NCBI GenBank assembly: GCA_937927515.1
Contig: CALBDO010000005.1
Span: forward strand, 71,665-135,664
From: Candidatus Kapaibacterium sp.
GTDB lineage: Bacteria > Bacteroidota > Ignavibacteria > Kapaibacteriales > UBA2268
Reading direction: 5' to 3'
DNA: 64,000 nt
Both the position numbers and the translations under genes were made by a program. Each line of letters begins with the position of its first letter. Within the stretch, counting starts at the first letter, position 1. This document shows, piece by piece, positions 50,282 through 59,748 of this stretch. Below the pieces are notes generated by a model, which was not told the origin of the DNA, made no database searches, and saw only the letters and a program-made list of their open reading frames with translations.

Positions 50282-50365
50282 GCCCGGATGGCGGAACTGG
50301 TAGACGCGCTGCGTTCAGGGCGCAGTGGCTGCAAAGCCGTGCAGGTTCGATTCCTGTTCCGGGCA
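50282..50365 (+). tRNA. tRNA-Leu (anticodon CAG), long variable arm
   Basis: GCCCGGATGGCGGAACTGGTAGACGCGCTGCGTTCAGGGCGCAGTGGCTGCAAAGCCGTGCAGGTTCGATTCCTGTTCCGGGCA, with anticodon loop TTCAGGG. Confidence 0.8.
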
Positions 50366-50374
50366 CTTCACAAA

Positions 50375-51757
50375 CTAAATTTCAGTCCACAATTTACCTC
50401 TTGCGATAGAAGCAACTACTCCAATACCACAAACTATAGAAAAACCTAAAAAGAGAGTTCTTGAAAGTTCTAAAAAATGGGGATAAAGATGTGTACCAAA
50501 CTTTGTTCCACCCAGATATAAAGCAAAAAACATAGTTACTATACCCATGCTTAATGTTTGCCCTACTAATCGCATTGTTCCGACAGTTGCAGAGGCTACA
50601 CCGTAGTACTTTTGTTCTACAGAGCTTATTATAGCATTTGTGTTCGGTGATGAAAAGAATGCAAATCCCAAACCAAGGCAGATTTGTGCTAATAGAATAA
50701 AACCAATTGGGGTATTGAAGTTAATAAAAGAAAGCAGGAATAGTCCAGATGATGTTAAAATCATTCCAAACGAAGCTACATATTGGGGTTCAAGTTTGTC
50801 CGATAATTTGCCAGCTGGCGAAGAAAACACTGCTTGGATTATCGGCTGTATTGCCAAGATAACTCCGGCGCTTTGTGGCGTTATTCCTTTTATATATTGT
50901 AAATACAAACTTAGAAGGAAAGTAACAGCAAAAGTAGCGCTGTAATTAATTAGAGCTGCAAGGTTTGAAAAGGTAAAAGTTGTGTTTCTTGTAAATAGCT
51001 TAATTGGCAAGATTGGGTGTGAATTCTTGTTCTCGACGAACAAAAAAAACAATATAAAAACGAATGAAATCGCAAGATAAACTTTTCCAAATGTGGTTTG
51101 TATTTTTGTAAATCCGAGTATTAAGGATGATAAACCAATAACGTAGAGAAAGGAGCCAACCCAATCAAATTTTTCGCCTTTAGAGTCTGCCCATTCTTTA
51201 TTTTTGAGATTTTTCGACACGAAAAGGCTAAGAAATACACCAACTGGAAAATTCAAAAGAAAAATAGATTGCCAGCCGAGATTCTGGGTAAGTATACCGC
51301 CGATTAATGGACCAGCTGTCAAGCCCAAGTAAACTGCAGATACAGACATCCCCATAGCTTTGCCACGCTCTCCAGTAGGGAAGACCGAGCTGATTATTGC
51401 AGTGCTCGAGGAAAATATCATTGCGGAGCCTACACCTTGGAATATTCTCAATACAATCAATATGTATATGTTTGGAGCAAAGGAACATAGAAACGAGAAG
51501 AAAGTAAAAAAAATTAGACCAATGAGGAATGTTTTCTTTCTTCCAGCTATATCTGATAACCGACCAAATGGCAAAAGAATCGAAGCAGTTGCCAAAAGAT
51601 ACGACGAAGTAATCCACGCCAGAGTTACCGCATCAATTTTAAAGTGTCTTTGAATTGCTGGTAGTGCAACGGAAACAGAAGAACCTAAAAATGCAGTCAA
51701 AAATGAACTGATGACAGAAGTAATTAAAACAGATTTTTTTATATCTAAATTGTTCAT
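50375..51757 (-). CDS. MFS transporter, 14-TMS drug:H+ antiporter (DHA2/EmrB-like)
   Basis: 460 aa with ~14 hydrophobic segments and the MFS motifs GRLSDIAGRKK and FQGVGSAM. Confidence 0.85.
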   Translation of the reverse strand: MNNLDIKKSVLITSVISSFLTAFLGSSVSVALPAIQRHFKIDAVTLAWITSSYLLATASILLPFGRLSDIAGRKKTFLIGLIFFTFFSFLCSFAPNIYILIVLRIFQGVGSAMIFSSSTAIISSVFPTGERGKAMGMSVSAVYLGLTAGPLIGGILTQNLGWQSIFLLNFPVGVFLSLFVSKNLKNKEWADSKGEKFDWVGSFLYVIGLSSLILGFTKIQTTFGKVYLAISFVFILFFLFVENKNSHPILPIKLFTRNTTFTFSNLAALINYSATFAVTFLLSLYLQYIKGITPQSAGVILAIQPIIQAVFSSPAGKLSDKLEPQYVASFGMILTSSGLFLLSFINFNTPIGFILLAQICLGLGFAFFSSPNTNAIISSVEQKYYGVASATVGTMRLVGQTLSMGIVTMFFALYLGGTKFGTHLYPHFLELSRTLFLGFSIVCGIGVVASIARGKLWTEI

Positions 51758-51776
51758 TAAACTTATGTCGAAAAAA

Positions 51777-52646
51777 CTAAATGACGTTTTGAGGGCGCTT
51801 TTTAATATAACCGCCGATTGTGTCCTTCACTTTATGAATGACTACGAAGGCTTTGGGGTCGATTTTATTTATTTCGATTGCCAGTTTTGGCAATTCCATT
51901 CTTGTTAAAACTGTATATAGGATGTCTATTTCATCATTTTTATCGAGAGAAGAAAGCCCTTTTTTACCTTTGAAAACTGTTGCACCTCTTCCAAGATTAA
52001 ACAAAATAGCATTACGAAGCTCATCGGATTTTTCCGACACTATAATGACAGCCACATATTCTTCGATGCCCTCTATGATAAAATCGGCTGTTTTAGAGGC
52101 AGAAAGGTATGTTAAAATTGAGTAGAAAGCAATTTCTACACCCAAAAATATAGCTACAATCGAAAAAATAATGATGTTGGTTATTAAAATTATGTCGCCG
52201 ACTGTTGTGTGGAGTTTGCGACTAAGAAAAACTGCAAGAATCTCTGTTCCATCGATGACACCACCGCCTCTGATTGCAAATGCTATTCCAGCACCAAGGA
52301 AAAAACCACCAAAAACCGACACGAGCAATTTGTCGTGAGTAATTATTGGCAAAGGAATGACGGTGAGTGCTATCGATAGCCCGAGAATTCCGAGTATGGC
52401 ACGAATGGACATATCTTTTGATATGTTGTAAAAAGCCAGGATAATAAACGGAAGATTGTAAACCACTAACAATACCGAGATAGGAATTCCCGAAAGCACA
52501 TAGGTTAACATTGATATGCCAGTGACACCACCATCGATAAATTTATTGGGTAGTAAAAAAGATTTTAGTCCGAAGGTTGCGGATAAAATTCCCAAAACGA
52601 GGAATAGGATTTTCTTAAACTGTGTCCAAATGATTTTCGCAGTCAA
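51777..52646 (-). CDS. YitT-family (DUF161/DUF2179) membrane protein
   Basis: Characteristic DGGVTGIS motif, five TM segments, and a C-terminal DUF2179-like soluble domain. Confidence 0.8.
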   Translation of the reverse strand: MTAKIIWTQFKKILFLVLGILSATFGLKSFLLPNKFIDGGVTGISMLTYVLSGIPISVLLVVYNLPFIILAFYNISKDMSIRAILGILGLSIALTVIPLPIITHDKLLVSVFGGFFLGAGIAFAIRGGGVIDGTEILAVFLSRKLHTTVGDIILITNIIIFSIVAIFLGVEIAFYSILTYLSASKTADFIIEGIEEYVAVIIVSEKSDELRNAILFNLGRGATVFKGKKGLSSLDKNDEIDILYTVLTRMELPKLAIEINKIDPKAFVVIHKVKDTIGGYIKKRPQNVI

Positions 52647-52653
52647 TTTCTTT

Positions 52654-54078
52654 TTATATTAGTTTACGCAAGATGTATTCGTAAGCAGATTTTAATCTTT
52701 CGTCGAATAGAAGATTTCTCTCCATTGTATTCAAGGCATGCAATACAGTGGTGTGGTCACGATTGCCAAAATGCCTTCCAATTGTCTCGAGGGTCGCATT
52801 AGTCAGTTCTTTGCAAATGTACATTGCTAACTGACGGGGTTCGACAAGTTCCTTTTTACGAGATTTAGACTCTAAGTCTGACGGATTTAAGTTGAAATAA
52901 TGAGCAACTGCACTTTTAATTTTGTCTATAGTGATGATTTTTGAGGTTCGTATATGTTTTGTACGGAGAATATCGCGTACAAGGTCGATGCTGGGTTTTT
53001 TGTTTCCGAGTGCAACTTGAGCAACCAAACTTATAATAACTCCTTCTATTTCACGCACATTAGTAGTGACATTTTGAGCAATATATTCAATCACCTCCAA
53101 AGGTAAATCTATTCCTTCATTTTCACTTTTCTTTCGGGCTATAGCTATTCTTGTTTCTAATTCTGGTGGTTCAATGAAAGCCAAGACACCCCATTGAAAA
53201 CGGCTAATCAGTCGCTCGTCCAAGTCTTTTAAATCCTTTGGGGCTTTATCGCTGGTAAGAACAATTTGCTTACCAGATTGGTGAAGATTGTTGAATGTAT
53301 GGAAGAAATGGTCTTGTATTTTCCCTTTATTTTGAAAAAATTGTATATCGTCTAATAATAGAACATCGACACTTCGGTATAATTGAAGAAATTCGTTCAT
53401 ATTATTATTTTTTATTGCTTCGATAAAGTCGTTTGCGAAATTTTCGCTTGTTGAGTATAATACTTGTACATTGGGATGATGGATTAAAATGTAATTTCCA
53501 ATTGCTTGAAGTAGATGAGTTTTTCCCAAGCCAGAATTTCCATATATGATTAATGGATTGAAGCGAGTTTGCAAAGGATTTTTAGAGATTGCTAATGCAG
53601 ATGAATAGGCAAATTCATTACTATCGCCGACGACAAAGTTGTCGAAGGTATAATTTGAAACAAGGTTTGGGTTATAATTAAGTTTTTGAATTCGGGAGAT
53701 TCGAACTTGTTCTTCTGTGCGAGTATTGCTACTTGGAATTTTGATTTTGGACAAATCTGGTTGGTTTGTATCGAGAACAACTTGATATTTAAGTTTTATG
53801 TTTTCTCCGAATAATTTTTGAATACCAGTATAAATCAAACTATAGTAATGCTCGTCCAACCACTCGCAGTAAAATTGTGATGGTACTTCAACGATAAGTT
53901 CTGTTTGCTCTATTTTGATAGGCTTTATTGGGGCAAACCAAGTTCGGAAGATATGAGTTGAAACATTATTTTTAATGAAACGAAGAAACTTTTTCCATTT
54001 TGATGTTAGACTTTCCTTTTTAATTTCAATATTTTGTCCTGCCTCTGTAATAGTTTCTTGCAAAAAGTCTTTTTCCAT
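52654..54078 (-). CDS. dnaA: Chromosomal replication initiator protein DnaA
   Basis: AAA+ Walker A YGNSGLGKTHLLQAIGNY. The C-terminal DNA-binding signature ...NRDHTTVLHA... is present. 474 aa. Confidence 0.92.
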   Translation of the reverse strand: MEKDFLQETITEAGQNIEIKKESLTSKWKKFLRFIKNNVSTHIFRTWFAPIKPIKIEQTELIVEVPSQFYCEWLDEHYYSLIYTGIQKLFGENIKLKYQVVLDTNQPDLSKIKIPSSNTRTEEQVRISRIQKLNYNPNLVSNYTFDNFVVGDSNEFAYSSALAISKNPLQTRFNPLIIYGNSGLGKTHLLQAIGNYILIHHPNVQVLYSTSENFANDFIEAIKNNNMNEFLQLYRSVDVLLLDDIQFFQNKGKIQDHFFHTFNNLHQSGKQIVLTSDKAPKDLKDLDERLISRFQWGVLAFIEPPELETRIAIARKKSENEGIDLPLEVIEYIAQNVTTNVREIEGVIISLVAQVALGNKKPSIDLVRDILRTKHIRTSKIITIDKIKSAVAHYFNLNPSDLESKSRKKELVEPRQLAMYICKELTNATLETIGRHFGNRDHTTVLHALNTMERNLLFDERLKSAYEYILRKLI

Positions 54079-54384
54079 TACTTCCTTTCCTCCAATCGTA
54101 AACAGACAGGTTCGAAGATTAAAATTTAAATTCTATAATTAATGAAAGACAAATTTGAAAGAATTTTATAAAAAAATCAAATAAAATTTCTATCATTTTT
54201 AAAAATTACCTTTGTTTGTTTGTATGTATTGAAAATAAAGAACTTCCAAATAAAATTTGTTTAAACTTTATTAATATTCTGTAAGTTTTTATTTAATCTT
54301 TTGAAAATTAAGATAATTAAATTGGCATAGTGGATTTATATAAGTTTTATAAAGAAATATTTTAAGTGTTTGGAATTAAATAAC

Positions 54385-55371
54385 TTATCTAAAAGGAGGT
54401 GTTCCGATATAGAAAAAGTTCAACACTTCGCCAATTTTTAGGAGGTTTTTACTTTTTATTTTAGTATTTTTCTGATAAGTATTCAGAATTTCGAGCATAC
54501 CTTGTTGTTGCCAAATAAAGTTTTGTGGTAGATTTTTGAATTTTCTGGTCAAAATTCCGTATGAATTTAAGGCCGGGGTAGACCAAAACCATACGAATAG
54601 GTTTATTCTTTGCTCTTCATTAGCAATAGCAAGAGCAAGGGGAAGCAAACAGTTCAATATTAATTCTCTACGCATATGATTTCCTTCATTATAAAAACGC
54701 GCTTTCATCATTTGAAACATTCTTTCGGGAATGTTTTTAACTGCTTGGTTTTGAATTTCAATTAAAAACTTAAGCATTTCCGAATTTTTTAATACCGCGA
54801 TTAATTCCTCGAGAGAGTCTATTTTATAAATTGGTCGGTGTTTCCTTGTTGAGTATTTTTGCAAAAAGTTTCGCAATGAGTTTTCAAATGCTTTTTCTAA
54901 TGGTAGATTGTTAACGAGAACTTTGGCTTCGGAAGTTTTACGCAACAGCCTAAGTAGAGCAAAGCTTTGAATTTCTTCCAGAGAGTCGATATATTCATTG
55001 GGTTCAAAATCAGATTTTTCAATGTCGACATTGGGAAGTTGTTCTGGATTCAGTACCAATGTTTCGAAGTTTGTTTCGATACTAACATCATTGTACAATA
55101 CAATATGTATACCTACATTTGAATAAAGAGGATTTGTGCTATGATTATGTAATAACCACTCTGAAGCTTTTTTGTGGAATTCGCAGTCACAAATTACAAC
55201 TGAACCATTGAGTAGAATAGCAACTTCTTTGAAATCTGGACCATAATCTTTGTTTATGTATCCTGGCGAGAGAAATTGCAAGTGCTTGCCGGTGGTAGTC
55301 TTGTGAATTATTGATGGGTCGGACATTAGTTTGTGCACCTGTCTCTGAATTGTAAGTTCTTTGTGTTCCAT
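54385..55371 (-). CDS. Hypothetical protein
   Basis: 328 aa with a contiguous ORF and codon usage consistent with its neighbours. I recognise no motifs. Confidence 0.55.
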   Translation of the reverse strand: MEHKELTIQRQVHKLMSDPSIIHKTTTGKHLQFLSPGYINKDYGPDFKEVAILLNGSVVICDCEFHKKASEWLLHNHSTNPLYSNVGIHIVLYNDVSIETNFETLVLNPEQLPNVDIEKSDFEPNEYIDSLEEIQSFALLRLLRKTSEAKVLVNNLPLEKAFENSLRNFLQKYSTRKHRPIYKIDSLEELIAVLKNSEMLKFLIEIQNQAVKNIPERMFQMMKARFYNEGNHMRRELILNCLLPLALAIANEEQRINLFVWFWSTPALNSYGILTRKFKNLPQNFIWQQQGMLEILNTYQKNTKIKSKNLLKIGEVLNFFYIGTPPFR

Positions 55372-55372
55372 T

Positions 55373-56167
55373 TTAGAAAATTTTTAGTTTCTCATAATAG
55401 TAAGAAGTTCTTTGGAAGATTTTATCTTGAAAATTTTCGTCCTGCGAGGCAAAAATTATATCGCGTCCAACATTTACCAAGAGATTTTGGTTTCGATTTT
55501 TCTCCAAGATATTTTGAAGGTTTCCACCTTGGGCTCCAATTCCAGGAACTAAAATGAAATTTTCTGATGCGATTTCTCTAACTTTTTGAAATTCGTTTTC
55601 GCTGGTGGCTCCGACAACAAGTCCTAAATTTTGCACTGAAAAGTTTGATAATAATTTATCCAAGATAATTTCATAAAGGTATTTTTTGTCGATTTTTAAC
55701 TTTTGAAAATCCGACGAGCCAGCATTCGAGGTGACTATTAATACGAAATTTAATCTATTTTTATAATCAAAGAACGGCTCTAAAGAATCCATTCCAAGAA
55801 ATGGATTAACTGTTGCACAGTCGAATTTGAAATGTTCGTAGATAGCTCGTGCGTAAGCTTTCGAGGTATTGCCTATGTCGGCTCTTTTGACATCGGCTAT
55901 GGTGATTGTAGACTCTGGTATGATTTCTAATGTTTTTTCCAAGATTTCAATTCCCCTCGACCCAAATTGCTCGTAAAAAGCAAAGTTCAACTTGTAAGCC
56001 GATACAAACTTGCTTGTTAATTCGACTATGATTTTATTGAATTCGAAAATACCTTCGATGTTTTTAGGAATAGGTTTTGGTAATTTTTCCATTTGTGGGT
56101 CCAACCCAACGCACAATCGCGTATTGTTTTTTAGCTGAATTTTATTTAGTTTTTCGAAAGATGTCAT
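55373..56167 (-). CDS. pyrF: Orotidine 5'-phosphate decarboxylase
   Basis: LCVGLDP at the N-terminus and DVKRADIGNT around the catalytic Lys. Type 2 length, ~264 aa. Confidence 0.85.
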   Translation of the reverse strand: MTSFEKLNKIQLKNNTRLCVGLDPQMEKLPKPIPKNIEGIFEFNKIIVELTSKFVSAYKLNFAFYEQFGSRGIEILEKTLEIIPESTITIADVKRADIGNTSKAYARAIYEHFKFDCATVNPFLGMDSLEPFFDYKNRLNFVLIVTSNAGSSDFQKLKIDKKYLYEIILDKLLSNFSVQNLGLVVGATSENEFQKVREIASENFILVPGIGAQGGNLQNILEKNRNQNLLVNVGRDIIFASQDENFQDKIFQRTSYYYEKLKIF

Positions 56168-56169
56168 AT

Positions 56170-57015
56170 TTAATAAATTTCAGGAATATATGTAAATTCT
56201 TCAATTGGTGGGCGTACATAACTGTCATCTATCTTCCTTTTTGGTAGTTCAATTGGTTTAGGAATTACGTCCTCGTAAGGAATCATCGACAATATATGAG
56301 CTATGCAATTAAGTCTGGCTTTTCTTTTGTCATCAGAATTTACACAATACCAAGGTGATATCTTTGTATCGGTGTATTTAAACATTTCATCCTTTGCCTT
56401 GGAATAAGCTGCCCATTTGTGCCAACTGGCTATATCCATTTCAGATAATTTCCATCTTTTCCTTGGGTCTGTTGCACGTTCCCTAAACCTTTTTTCTTGT
56501 TCCTCATCACTTATCGAGAACCAGTATTTGAGCAAAATTATGCCGCTTCGAATTAGCATTTTCTCGAATTCGGGACAAGAGCGTAGGAATTCCCAATATT
56601 CCTCCTCTGTACAAAAGCCCATAACTCGTTCGACACCGGCGCGATTATACCAACTTCGGTCGAATATCACTATTTCCCCAGCAGAAGGCAGATGAGCTAC
56701 GTAGCGTTGGAAGTACCACTGGGTTCTTTCTCTATCCGATGGCTTTTCCAAAGCTACAACACGACAACCGCGTGGATTGAGTGGTTCGGTAATTCGCTTG
56801 ATTGTGCCTCCTTTTCCCGCTGCATCTCGTCCTTCGAAGATTATTACTACTTTTAATCCTTTATGTTTTACCCAGTATTGGAGCTTGACAAGTTCGGTTT
56901 GAAGTTTCGCCAATTCACGCTCATAAAATTTTTTGTGCAACTTGCCTTTTTCGTTATACTTAGGTATTGGTTCAAGTTCTTCTTCCTTGTCTTTATGTCC
57001 CATAGAATCCCCCAA
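56170..57015 (-). CDS. ppk2: Polyphosphate kinase 2 family protein
   Basis: Walker A FEGRDAAGKGGTIKRI, and a PPK2 lid region WYNRAGVERVMGFCTEEEY. Confidence 0.85.
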   Translation of the reverse strand: MGDSMGHKDKEEELEPIPKYNEKGKLHKKFYERELAKLQTELVKLQYWVKHKGLKVVIIFEGRDAAGKGGTIKRITEPLNPRGCRVVALEKPSDRERTQWYFQRYVAHLPSAGEIVIFDRSWYNRAGVERVMGFCTEEEYWEFLRSCPEFEKMLIRSGIILLKYWFSISDEEQEKRFRERATDPRKRWKLSEMDIASWHKWAAYSKAKDEMFKYTDTKISPWYCVNSDDKRKARLNCIAHILSMIPYEDVIPKPIELPKRKIDDSYVRPPIEEFTYIPEIY

Positions 57016-57020
57016 AAATG

Positions 57021-57578
57021 TTATGAAACATATTGAAAAATATATACCAAGGTATCTCCATATTGCTTCTTCCTTAGAACCCTGAAATTCGTACTTACCT
57101 CCAAATCTGTTCTTTGTGATAATTCAATAACAAATAGTGTACCAGTTTTAGCAATTTTATTGACATTGGAACTGCTCAATAATTTTTGATTTAATGGTAA
57201 ATTATACGGTGGGTCAGAGAATATTAAATCAAATTTAATCTCACCTGAATAGGTACGTAAGAAGGAAAATACATCTGCTTTAGTTATTCTGTAACGTTCT
57301 TTTGGTATTGGTAGCAATGCTAAGTTCGAAGAGATAATTTTTACAACATCTGAATCTTTATCAACGAAATGACAAAAATTAGCTCCGCGACTGAGCGATT
57401 CAATTCCAAGCATCCCAGTTCCAGCAAACAAATCCAAAACATTTGTGGAATTGAATTCAACGAAGTTTGATAAAGTGTCGAAAATAGCCTCTCTAACGAA
57501 ATCGGAGGTTGGCCTTATATTCTTGGGTATTTTTGTTTTAAACAAGTTACCTTTAAACTTGCCTCCGACGATTCTCAT
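57021..57578 (-). CDS. rsmD: 16S rRNA (guanine966-N2)-methyltransferase
   Basis: DLFAGTGMLGIE SAM motif plus the DPPY motif. 185 aa. Confidence 0.85.
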   Translation of the reverse strand: MRIVGGKFKGNLFKTKIPKNIRPTSDFVREAIFDTLSNFVEFNSTNVLDLFAGTGMLGIESLSRGANFCHFVDKDSDVVKIISSNLALLPIPKERYRITKADVFSFLRTYSGEIKFDLIFSDPPYNLPLNQKLLSSSNVNKIAKTGTLFVIELSQRTDLEVSTNFRVLRKKQYGDTLVYIFQYVS

Positions 57579-57579
57579 T

Positions 57580-58506
57580 TTAATAAAACTTTACTTTTTT
57601 GTGGTATTCTGGCAATACACAGCCTACACAAGCTGGATAATGATGGGCTAAGCGTGCACAAATTTGTTTCGAACTTTCTTCCATTCCGTTGGCTACAAGA
57701 CGAAAGGCATTAAGTCTTTTAATTTTGATTAATTTATTTTTAAATTGACGTGTCAAATTGTTTAGAATAATTTTATTCAAGTTTGTTCCAAAAAGATATA
57801 GAGAATTTATTTCAATTGAGAACTCGTTACTTATTTTATTTACATTCTGCTCTATTAATTTTGGAATATCTTCTTCACTGTTATATTTTATTAGGTTGTA
57901 GGAGTAAAACTCTTCACCTTTTATAACGCTGTAATCGATAAAATTATCTGATAAATTGAACAATCCAACGAAATTGTCTCTTTCCTCTGGATAATTATAT
58001 AAAAAGCAATTCTGGGCTGAAATTTGGCTTATTTCAATTCGTTGCACAGTTTTATTACACTGTTTAGCTATTGATTTGATAGTTTGAAAAATTTTCTTTG
58101 GTATAATTGCTGCAAGGAAGTGTATTCTTTCTTTTCGTGGTTGTAGTTCAAACAAAAAAGTGGGAAAATCCTCGGGATTGAATTGCGGGTAATTGTGTTT
58201 AATCTCGAAATCCAATACAGTCATAATTTCATCTCTGGAGAGTTGTGGTCGACCTGGAAATTGTGTGATAATTAAATATTCCATAGGGATAGAAATCGAG
58301 ATAAATTTTGCGTCATTTGAAATGTCTTTAATTGTCGTGTAGAGTTCTTCTAATGCTTGCTCATTTGTTGGATTTTCTAGATTCTCTAAATCAATAGGTA
58401 AAGAAGTTGTGGACAAATCTAAAAGTTTCAACCCTTTATTCGCTTTTTCTAATAAAGTGATATACGTCCTTGTTGGTGAAAAATACATTGAAAGGACTTT
58501 TTCCAT
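57580..58506 (-). CDS. Hypothetical protein
   Basis: 308-aa ORF tightly packed between the HDOD gene and rsmD. No family recognised. Confidence 0.55.
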   Translation of the reverse strand: MEKVLSMYFSPTRTYITLLEKANKGLKLLDLSTTSLPIDLENLENPTNEQALEELYTTIKDISNDAKFISISIPMEYLIITQFPGRPQLSRDEIMTVLDFEIKHNYPQFNPEDFPTFLFELQPRKERIHFLAAIIPKKIFQTIKSIAKQCNKTVQRIEISQISAQNCFLYNYPEERDNFVGLFNLSDNFIDYSVIKGEEFYSYNLIKYNSEEDIPKLIEQNVNKISNEFSIEINSLYLFGTNLNKIILNNLTRQFKNKLIKIKRLNAFRLVANGMEESSKQICARLAHHYPACVGCVLPEYHKKVKFY

Positions 58507-58519
58507 ATTTTACCTAAAT

Positions 58520-59698
58520 TTATCTTCTTTTCACTTCCCTTGCTTTTCTTATATGTAGTATGGAATTTAGTAAATTCTTTTCGAAACCAATTTCAAAAAT
58601 ATGTGGAACGTCTAAAGGTGGAGCATGGTAAATAAAATCAGCAATATGAACAACAGTTGCAAAATTCAGCTTGCTATTTTGCAACTGTGAGGGCTTGTGG
58701 TGGTAGGCCACGGCTTCTACTATTGAGATTGGAAATCCCCAGAGTCCGAGTAGATAAGCACCAATTTCAGCATGGGTGCACTGATAAATTTCTTCCTCTG
58801 CCTCGAGGTGGGTATATCCCTTTTGTTCGGATAATACAATTAAATTTTCGGGATAGGTTAAAGTATTCAAGAGAACAAATTTTCCAACATCGTGTAGGAC
58901 ACCAGCGGTGTAAGAAATATCTAACGCACTTTTTTCTTTAAAAAACAATTCAGAAAGGTGGTAGGAGTTCGACGCAACAAATAGGCTGTGCTGCCAAAAA
59001 CGCTCTAAGTGCTTTCGATTTTCGGCTGTGACTTTAAAGTTCGAAAATAGATGTATGTAAAAAACCAATGATTTAATGACATTCACTCCCAAATAAGCCA
59101 ATGCGTAATTGATATTGGTGATTTCGCTCCTCAAACCAAAGTAAGCAGAGTTGACAATTTGTAAAATTTTTGCGGTTAAATTTGGGTCCTTTGAAATCAA
59201 ATTTGCAATCTTATTTAAAGAAAAATCTTTTTTGGCTACCTCTTCCTCAATTTGTATATAGATTTCTGGCATAGAGGGTAAAGTGGTGGTATTTTTTATC
59301 AATTCCTCTACTTTTTCATTTCTTAGAAACTTTTGAATTTGCAAAATATTATCAATTCTCTCTTTTAAGTTGTCTTTTGTTATAGGAAGGGTAACAAATT
59401 GATGTACATATTGGCTTGATTGTGCAACAGCAGGACTTTCTAAATTTTGAACTAAAGCAAAACGTATAGTTTCTGGAAAAAGCCTTTTGATTTCGTGCAA
59501 CAAATTTGCTCCAGATGACAAAACAATTTCTGTACTTGAAAATACTATATCTACTCTATTGTTTGCCAAAAGTTGTATTGCCTTTTCTCCACTTTCTGCG
59601 AAAAAACAATCAAACTCATCTCGCAATGGAATAGTGATTGAAATTAACTCCTTTAGTAGATTTTCATTGCCAACGGCGAAAAGTATGCTTGGTTTCAT
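58520..59698 (-). CDS. HDOD-domain protein with an N-terminal degenerate (pseudo) receiver domain
   Basis: The C-terminal HDOD pattern (...GVLHDVGKFVL...HAEIGAYLLGLWGFP...) is present. In the N-terminal CheY-like fold the phospho-acceptor position reads VDIVFSSTE, with Ser in place of Asp. Confidence 0.75.
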   Translation of the reverse strand: MKPSILFAVGNENLLKELISITIPLRDEFDCFFAESGEKAIQLLANNRVDIVFSSTEIVLSSGANLLHEIKRLFPETIRFALVQNLESPAVAQSSQYVHQFVTLPITKDNLKERIDNILQIQKFLRNEKVEELIKNTTTLPSMPEIYIQIEEEVAKKDFSLNKIANLISKDPNLTAKILQIVNSAYFGLRSEITNINYALAYLGVNVIKSLVFYIHLFSNFKVTAENRKHLERFWQHSLFVASNSYHLSELFFKEKSALDISYTAGVLHDVGKFVLLNTLTYPENLIVLSEQKGYTHLEAEEEIYQCTHAEIGAYLLGLWGFPISIVEAVAYHHKPSQLQNSKLNFATVVHIADFIYHAPPLDVPHIFEIGFEKNLLNSILHIRKAREVKRR

Positions 59699-59748
59699 AA
59701 TATGTTAATAAATTGGTTAAATGCAAATTAATAATCATGCATGATATA

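Noticed and set aside
50172-50409. ORF-track entries 50172-50366 (-) and 50194-50409 (+)
   Set aside because: They lie entirely over tRNA-Ser and tRNA-Leu genes. The translated products are low-complexity artefacts.
54079-54384. Confident oriC call in the dnaA upstream spacer
   Set aside because: Only degenerate DnaA-box matches are present, and dnaN is not adjacent. I kept it as a low-confidence candidate rather than a feature.
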